Assembly: GCA_016177845.1 (NCBI GenBank)
Contig: JACOUO010000011.1
Location: 512,326-576,325, forward strand
Source: Deltaproteobacteria bacterium
GTDB lineage: Bacteria > Desulfobacterota > GWC2-55-46
Direction of reading: 5' to 3'
Length of the DNA stretch: 64,000 bases
Shown piece after piece: positions 58,037 through 64,000 of the stretch (positions are counted from its first letter, which is position 1; every line of letters starts with the position of its first letter). The notes beneath the pieces were generated by a model. That model was not told the DNA's origin, ran no database searches, and was given only the letters and a program-made list of their open reading frames with translations. Position numbers and translations under genes: made by a program.

Positions 58037-58303
58037 TTGGCTAACCATAAGTCAGCTATAAAGAGACACAAACAGAGTGAAAAAAGGAGGCTTCGCAACG
58101 CTTCCACAAAATCAACCTTAAGGTCAGCAATAAAGAAGGTAACAGAAGCAACAGCGGCAGGCAAGGCTGATGAAGCTACAGCAACTCTTAAAGAAGCGGT
58201 AACACTTCTTGACCGTGCTGTTTCAAAAGGCGTTCTCCACAGGAACAATGCCTCAAGGAAGATCTCACGCCTTACAGTTAAAGTAAGCGCGGCAGGCAAA
58301 TAA
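58037..58303 (+). CDS. rpsT: 30S ribosomal protein S20
   Basis: 88 aa beginning MANHKSAIKRHKQSEKRRLRNAS. Confidence 0.9.
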   Translation: MANHKSAIKRHKQSEKRRLRNASTKSTLRSAIKKVTEATAAGKADEATATLKEAVTLLDRAVSKGVLHRNNASRKISRLTVKVSAAGK

Positions 58304-58328
58304 GCCGTCCTTTATAGATATCAATTCA

Positions 58329-58363
58329 AAAGCCCCTTGGTCTATAACCATGGGGCTTTTTTT
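58329..58363 (+). terminator. Rho-independent terminator of rpsT
   Basis: aagcccc-ttggtctataaccat-ggggctt followed by ttttttt. Confidence 0.6.
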
Positions 58364-58380
58364 ATTTCCTGCAGTCCCCT

Positions 58381-59337
58381 CTATTTACCGCAAAGCTCTA
58401 TGATAAGCTTTGAGAATACTATCTGCTCTGGAAGACGGCCTGTTTTAAGGTCGGTATCAGCCCTGTAGAGTTTCTCCATTGCTGTCATAAGTTCAGGTTC
58501 GGTAAACTGTCTGCCCGCCCTTACAAAATTATCCACCACAAAAGGCGGAACACCGAGCGCGGACGGGTATTGCCTTGGGTCAGCCTTTTTCCTCTGAAGG
58601 GCCTTAAGCTTAAGAAGTATCCTCATCTGTCTTGAAATAGCCCCAAGCACCTTTATAAGAGGCTCCCGTGAGATCTTATCGTATATCTTAAGCGCCCTCT
58701 TCAAATCCTTTGCCGCTATGGCGTCAGACAGGCCGAATATCGTCTCTTCCTTGCAATCTATCCCCGCATCCTCTACATCGCTGTCCTTTACCTCAGGGGC
58801 ATTGCCTACAAAGAGTATTATCTTATCAAGCTCGCCTTTTATGTCCCTTAGCCTGTTGCCTGCTGTTGCAAGGAGCCTCTGGGCAGCGGTATCGGAAATC
58901 GTTTTGCCCTGCGCCTTTGCGTCATTTTTTATCCATGCCAGCAGTTCTCTCTCGCTTAAGGTATTACAAGGCTTAAGGTAGCCTTTCTCAGTGAGGGTCT
59001 TGAAGAACGGAGAGTTGCGCTCCACTTTGGCGGCATCGGATACAAATACAAGACAGGTGGAAGACGAAGGATTTTTTATGTACTGGTGAAGGGGCTCAAG
59101 CTGGGCAGCCTTTATGGATTCAGCGCCTTTTACAAGCACAAGCCTTGTATCGGCAAACGCAGGCATGGTGGAGGCAGCGGATATTACTTCCCCGGCATCA
59201 AGGGACTTTGCCTCAAATGCCTGGTAATTCATCGAGGCGAAAGGGCCTGTGAGGGCCTCCTTCTTTATGCCTTCAAGCGCCTCCTGAACAAGATAATCAT
59301 CGGAGCCGAATATATAATAGACAGGTTTTAATGCCAT
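58381..59337 (-). CDS. holA: DNA polymerase III delta subunit
   Basis: 318 aa. It sits in the conserved leuS-lptE-holA context, with an N-terminal clamp-loader-like fold and no P-loop. Confidence 0.75.
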   Translation of the reverse strand: MALKPVYYIFGSDDYLVQEALEGIKKEALTGPFASMNYQAFEAKSLDAGEVISAASTMPAFADTRLVLVKGAESIKAAQLEPLHQYIKNPSSSTCLVFVSDAAKVERNSPFFKTLTEKGYLKPCNTLSERELLAWIKNDAKAQGKTISDTAAQRLLATAGNRLRDIKGELDKIILFVGNAPEVKDSDVEDAGIDCKEETIFGLSDAIAAKDLKRALKIYDKISREPLIKVLGAISRQMRILLKLKALQRKKADPRQYPSALGVPPFVVDNFVRAGRQFTEPELMTAMEKLYRADTDLKTGRLPEQIVFSKLIIELCGK

Positions 59338-59408
59338 ATTTTTTTGAAAAATGCCTGATTAAGGGACGATAAAGGGGTAAATCAATTCGGGGTTGCCCTG
59401 CTCCGGGT

Positions 59409-59921
59409 TTAAAACCTCTCCAACATGCGTTCCTTTGTTGCCCTTGCGGTGTCCTTTGAAAGCTTTCTTAGAGCCGCTGTCTCCGCGTCCCTTGTCGCCG
59501 AGACATCGTTTATGTTTACGGTAAAGTCCTCATAATCAGTAATATTTTCTTCTATCCAGTACATCCTTCCAGTCTCTTTGTCAAATAAGCGGACATCGAT
59601 GACGACCGTAAGCCTGTATTCCTGGTTCACATCGCTTTTCGTAAAGGATACAGGGTTTAAGGCGTATGACTTGATTGTGCCCTGAAGCAGGAACTCGCTC
59701 TCGTTCAAGACCTCAACGGTAGTAATAAACTCATTTACAAAAGCCGATGTGATAGTAGCCTCAATATCAGGCTTGGAGGTCGTATTGGTGAATACCGGTA
59801 TTGAAAGCTCTTTGATGCCGCCGGGCATTGCTCCGCCTTTGCCGGCCACATGATAACCGCAACCGCTGACAACAGCGGCGAAGAAAACGGCAACAAGCAG
59901 CATTAAAGGGTTCTTCAACAT
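59409..59921 (-). CDS. lptE: LPS-assembly lipoprotein LptE
   Basis: 170 aa with the lipoprotein signal VVSGCGYHV. It is immediately downstream of leuS. Confidence 0.7.
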   Translation of the reverse strand: MLKNPLMLLVAVFFAAVVSGCGYHVAGKGGAMPGGIKELSIPVFTNTTSKPDIEATITSAFVNEFITTVEVLNESEFLLQGTIKSYALNPVSFTKSDVNQEYRLTVVIDVRLFDKETGRMYWIEENITDYEDFTVNINDVSATRDAETAALRKLSKDTARATKERMLERF

Positions 59922-62500
59922 CAGGCAACCACCATATTAACAATCTTATTCGGGACATAGACAAACTTCTTTACCTCTTTGCCCTTTGTCCACTCTACCG
60001 CTTTTTCATCCTTCATCACAAGCTCTTTTACAGCATCTTCGCCTGAGCCAGCGGGCACGCTTATCTTGCTCCTGACCTTGCCGTTTATCTGGATAACGAT
60101 AGTGACCTCTTCTTTAACGAGTGCGCCTTCATTGACTGCAGGCCAAGGCGTCCTGAAAACAGGCGTATCATGCCCAAGCTTTCTCCAAAGCTCTTCGGAG
60201 ATATGGGGCGCGAACGGGGCAATAAGGAGGACAACCGCCTCAACTGCTTCCCTGAATACCTTTGCGTCTATTTCCGAGTTCCTGTTCTGGAACTGGTACA
60301 GGGCATTTACAAGCTCCATTATCGAGCTTATGGCAGTATTGAAATGGAACCTCTCGCCGATATCCTGCGTCACCTTGCTTATTGTCTTATGCGTGACATG
60401 GTGGATATCTTTAGGCGCGCCCTCAAGGGAGCCGTCTTTCGAAGCATTATACGGTGCAGTCCTGTTAAGCTCTTCAAGGTTTTCTACGACAAGCCTCCAG
60501 ACCCTTCCAAGGAACCTGGATGCGCCTTCGACACCCTCCTCGTTCCAGTCGAGGTCTTTCTCAGGAGGGGCGGCAAAGAGCGAGAACAGCCTTGTGGTAT
60601 CCGCGCCGTATCTGCTTATTATCTTATCAGGGTCAACGACATTCTTTTTTGACTTGGACATCTTCTCAACCGCGCCGATTATAGCGGCCTTGCCGCACAT
60701 CACGCATTTGCCGTCCTTCACCTCTTCAGGGTACAGATAGCCGTGCTCAGGGCATTTTACGATTTCCTTGCAGACCATTCCCTGGGTAAGGAGGTTTTTA
60801 AACGGCTCATCAAAGTCATGCAGCCCAAGGTCTCTCAAGGCCTTGGTAAAAAACCTTGAATACAGAAGATGAAGTACTGCGTGCTCAATGCCGCCTATGT
60901 ACTGGTCAACAGGCATCCAGTATCTTGCCTCGTTCTTATCAAACGGGAGTCTGTCATTCTTAGGGGAAATATATCTGAGGAAGTACCACGAAGAGTCAAC
61001 AAAGGTATCCATGGTATCTGTCTCACGCCTTGCGGAAGAACCGCAGTTCGGGCATTTCACATTGGCAAAGTCAGCGGCTGAGGCAAGGGGTGACAAGCCT
61101 TTTCCGGTAAGCACGACATTTTCCGGCAGTATTACGGGAAGCTGGTCATCAGGCACCGGCACTGTGCCGCACTTGTCGCAATATATCATGGGTATGGGGC
61201 AGCCCCAGTATCTCTGCCTTGAGATACCCCAGTCCCTGAGCTTGTAATTGATTGACCTTTTGCCTGCCTTTTTCTCTTCAAGGTGGTCTATGATGGCATC
61301 CATAGCCGCCGTATTAGGGAGGCCGTCAAAAATCCCTGAATTTGCCATTATGCCTTCATCGACATATGCCTTATCCATTGAAGCAGGGTCAAGCTCTACA
61401 TCAGCCGGGTTTATGACCACTTTTATCGGAAGCCCGTAGACCTTTGCGAACTCAAAGTCCCTCTGGTCGTGGGCAGGCACTGCCATGACCGCGCCTGTAC
61501 CGTACTCCATCAGTACGAAATTGGCAACATATACAGGCACCTTATCTCCGGTAAGCGGATTAATGCAATAAGTTCCCGTAAATACGCCCTCTTTTACAAT
61601 GTCCTCTGGGTTTATCCTCTGGTTCTTTGATTCGCCTTTGACCTTTGCTACAAACTTCTCAACCTCTTCCCTTCTGTCGGGAGTGGTTATCTTTTCTATT
61701 GCAGGATGTCCCGCAGCAAGGCTCATGAATGTTACGCCAAAAAGGGTATCAGGCCTTGTCGTGAATATCTTTATTGATTCATCAGAGCCTTCGAGCCTGA
61801 AATAAACCTCCGCGCCAGTGCTCTTGCCAATCCAGTTCCTCTGCATGATAAGGACCTTTTCAGGCCAGCCCGGCATCCTGTTAGTGCAGTCAAGCAGTTC
61901 CTCGGCGTATTCGGTAATCTTGAAAAACCACTGCTCAAGCTCTTTTATCTCAACTACTGAATCGCACCTCCAGCAAAGCCCGTCCTCGACCTGTTCATTT
62001 GCCAGAACAGTTGAACAGCCGGGACACCAGTTGACAGAAGAGCGTTTCTTATAGGCAAGCCCTTTCTCGTAGAGCTTGAGGAATAGCCATTGGTTCCATC
62101 TATAATATTCAGGGGAGCAGGTAGCGACCTCCCTGTCCCAGTCGTAGCTCAGGCCCATGCGCATGAGCTGTTTTTTCATATTCTCTATATTTTCATATGT
62201 CCATTTGGCAGGATGGATTCCGTGCTGGATGGCTGCGTTCTCAGCGGGAAGGCCGAAGGAATCCCATCCCATGGGATGAAGGACATTCTTGCCCCTCATC
62301 ATCAGGAACCTTGATATTACATCCCCGATGGAATAGTTCCTGACATGGCCCATGTGTATCTTGCCTGACGGGTAGGGGAACATCTCAAGGACATAGTACT
62401 TTTCCTTTTCAACGGTATCCTTTGTGCTGAATGCCTTGTCCTTTTCCCATACGGACTGCCACTGGGACTCGATAGCCTTATGATCGTATTTCTCAGTCAT
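59921..62500 (-). CDS. leuS: Leucyl-tRNA synthetase
   Basis: 859 aa. Contains the HIGH motif (HMGHVRNY), the KMSKS motif (KMSKSKKN) and a CP1 editing domain. Confidence 0.95.
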   Translation of the reverse strand: MTEKYDHKAIESQWQSVWEKDKAFSTKDTVEKEKYYVLEMFPYPSGKIHMGHVRNYSIGDVISRFLMMRGKNVLHPMGWDSFGLPAENAAIQHGIHPAKWTYENIENMKKQLMRMGLSYDWDREVATCSPEYYRWNQWLFLKLYEKGLAYKKRSSVNWCPGCSTVLANEQVEDGLCWRCDSVVEIKELEQWFFKITEYAEELLDCTNRMPGWPEKVLIMQRNWIGKSTGAEVYFRLEGSDESIKIFTTRPDTLFGVTFMSLAAGHPAIEKITTPDRREEVEKFVAKVKGESKNQRINPEDIVKEGVFTGTYCINPLTGDKVPVYVANFVLMEYGTGAVMAVPAHDQRDFEFAKVYGLPIKVVINPADVELDPASMDKAYVDEGIMANSGIFDGLPNTAAMDAIIDHLEEKKAGKRSINYKLRDWGISRQRYWGCPIPMIYCDKCGTVPVPDDQLPVILPENVVLTGKGLSPLASAADFANVKCPNCGSSARRETDTMDTFVDSSWYFLRYISPKNDRLPFDKNEARYWMPVDQYIGGIEHAVLHLLYSRFFTKALRDLGLHDFDEPFKNLLTQGMVCKEIVKCPEHGYLYPEEVKDGKCVMCGKAAIIGAVEKMSKSKKNVVDPDKIISRYGADTTRLFSLFAAPPEKDLDWNEEGVEGASRFLGRVWRLVVENLEELNRTAPYNASKDGSLEGAPKDIHHVTHKTISKVTQDIGERFHFNTAISSIMELVNALYQFQNRNSEIDAKVFREAVEAVVLLIAPFAPHISEELWRKLGHDTPVFRTPWPAVNEGALVKEEVTIVIQINGKVRSKISVPAGSGEDAVKELVMKDEKAVEWTKGKEVKKFVYVPNKIVNMVVA

Positions 62501-62615
62501 TTATCCCCTCTTTGAAGAAGAAAATTTCAATTAGCCCAATTGGATTTTTTACCATTAAACAGACAATTTTTCAAACAAAAAAGGGGATTTGCAAGGGATA
62601 GAGGTGAGTTGGAAA

Positions 62616-63032
62616 TTATTTGAGGTGGCATTCAAGGCACAGGCGGCTCCCTGTGTTATCCATCACAAGCATGGGATCAGGCGCAGGCGGGGAATTTTGC
62701 CTGATGAGTGAAAGGAGCTGATGGTTTGTCTGGGAATAAGGCACATGGCATGTACCGCAGCCTATTGTGTTGGAGTAGAGCTTAATACTTGGCAAAAGGG
62801 AGCTGGCGGGCCTTAAGCCTTTGTTGGTGGCGGCAATGGCAGCATAATCAACTCCTATTGGGTGGTCGCAGTCAGGCAAAGAGCAAACGCTTAAGGTAAT
62901 ATCGCTTGCTATCGCGGCATCGTGGCAGCTCATGCATTCTATTGTCTCCATATCAAGCGCGCCTGCTTCAGAGAATGCGCCAATAAACATATAAACACAG
63001 ACAGTCATCAGAAGAAGTTTACACTTTTTCAT
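62616..63032 (-). CDS. Small periplasmic triheme c-type cytochrome
   Basis: 138 aa with a signal peptide and three CxxCH motifs (CMSCH, CGTCH, CLECH). Confidence 0.7.
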   Translation of the reverse strand: MKKCKLLLMTVCVYMFIGAFSEAGALDMETIECMSCHDAAIASDITLSVCSLPDCDHPIGVDYAAIAATNKGLRPASSLLPSIKLYSNTIGCGTCHVPYSQTNHQLLSLIRQNSPPAPDPMLVMDNTGSRLCLECHLK

Positions 63033-63153
63033 GTCCTCTCCGAACCTGCCTTTTGAGGTATTCAGAAAATTATTCAGAGCTTAACAGCAAAGGCGATTAT
63101 GTCAAGTTGAAGGATTTCCGTTTATTCTACAAACAATTACAAACACGAAAAAC

Positions 63154-63738
63154 TTGGCTTTAATTATTTTCGGCTATCTGCTAATATTGCTTTGGAGGTA
63201 CTTTATGAGGCGGATAATATTACTCGTACTGCTTGTTTTTATGATTACGGGATGCTCAGGGAAAAACGGCAGCAAAGAAGCTGAACAGCTTAACCTTGAG
63301 CCTAAGGTCGGGGCAGCGGCAACTGATTTCCTATACAGGGACATGGATGAGAAGCCCTTCAGATTATCAGGGAAGAAAGGCTCGGTCGTGCTCCTGTATT
63401 TCTGGAGGATGAAGTGCGAAGACTGCAAGGACGCTATGAAGTCCCTTGAAGAGCTTCACCTTAAATATAAGGACAACGGGCTTATCGTAGCAGCAGTAGG
63501 GGCTGACACGATGCACAGCTCTCCGATAAACGATGTCCGGGAATTTCTTTCAAGGAACAAATTTACCTTTATTGCCATGCGTGATGATGAAGGCTTTGTT
63601 TCAGAGGCTTTCGGGGTCATACAGGCCCCTGTGGCCTATGTGATAGACAAAAACGGCGTGATAGCCGCCATTGTAAAAGGAAAAACAGACTGGATGAGCG
63701 CAGAGAACACAAAGCTCATCGAATCTCTCCTGAAATAA
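63154..63738 (+). CDS. TlpA/ResA-like thiol-disulfide oxidoreductase lipoprotein (thioredoxin fold)
   Basis: 194 aa. Has the lipobox LVFMITGCSG and a thioredoxin-like redox motif FWRMKCEDC (CxxC). Confidence 0.7.
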   Translation: MALIIFGYLLILLWRYFMRRIILLVLLVFMITGCSGKNGSKEAEQLNLEPKVGAAATDFLYRDMDEKPFRLSGKKGSVVLLYFWRMKCEDCKDAMKSLEELHLKYKDNGLIVAAVGADTMHSSPINDVREFLSRNKFTFIAMRDDEGFVSEAFGVIQAPVAYVIDKNGVIAAIVKGKTDWMSAENTKLIESLLK

Positions 63739-63808
63739 CCTTCACACACCAAGCCCTGCCTGAAAAGGCAGGGCTTTTTATATTTCCAACGGAGGAGATT
63801 AAATACCG

Positions 63809-64000
63809 ATGATAGAAGCCATTAGAAAGAGAAGGTCTGTAAGGGCATTTCTGAAAAAAGCGGTTGAAGAGGAAAAGCTTAAGGAAATACTGCGCTCAGC
63901 CATGTTTGCGCCCACATCATGGGGCACAAAGGCATGGGAGTTCATAATCGTAAAAGAACCTGACACAAAAAAAATGCTTTCAGAGGCAACCGCACACGCA
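63809..64000 (+). CDS. Nitroreductase-family protein, partial (N-terminus only)
   Basis: A GGAGGAG ribosome-binding site is followed by MIEAIRKRRSVRAFLKK..., the typical nitroreductase RRSxR start. It is truncated by the window end. Confidence 0.55.
   Translation, partial: MIEAIRKRRSVRAFLKKAVEEEKLKEILRSAMFAPTSWGTKAWEFIIVKEPDTKKMLSEATAHA

Overview
This is a chromosomal segment (about 48-50% GC) from a flagellated bacterium, probably anaerobic (flavodiiron protein, selA, Mo-cofactor genes), with a sigma-54-centred flagellar regulon. The gene content suggests a Nitrospirota or delta-proteobacterial background, but I cannot confirm this from sequence alone.

Layout:
- The first 13 kb is a minus-strand flagellar gene block: fliN(partial)-fliM-fliL, flgE-flgD-fliK, and flgB-flgC-fliE-F-G-H-I-J plus a YlxF-like gene. 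Each block is preceded by a near-consensus sigma-54 -24/-12 promoter.
- Two NtrC-type sigma-54 activators, a soluble histidine kinase and a secreted TPR protein follow (13-19 kb).
- Housekeeping and transport genes follow: M29-like aminopeptidase, NupC, YjbQ, flavodiiron protein, an ABC/HlyD exporter, proBA, obg, rplU-rpmA, selA, mobBA, mazG, murJ, rpsT, holA, lptE and leuS.
- Mo-cofactor genes moaD, moaE and mog are present.
- A small accessory stretch at 26.7-33 kb holds hypothetical proteins, an orphan PilB/GspE-type ATPase and tRNA-Gly(CCC). Next to the tRNA is a clearly low-GC (about 33%) solitary OLD-family ATPase/Toprim nuclease gene. This is the best candidate for a horizontally acquired anti-phage defence gene.
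- An unusual 8-gene plus-strand operon at 33-41 kb combines aldehyde dehydrogenase, a ferritin-like diiron protein, an 83-aa CxxCG-rich protein, a class-III aminotransferase, a fused PAP2-phosphatase/ArnT-like GT-C glycosyltransferase, a COG2403-like P-loop protein and a monofunctional proline dehydrogenase.

No CRISPR arrays, IS elements or rRNA genes were seen. Several track ORF starts appear over-extended (the TPR protein, the second response regulator, the aminopeptidase and the Gly/Ser/Thr-rich protein), judged from the positions of promoters and ribosome-binding sites.
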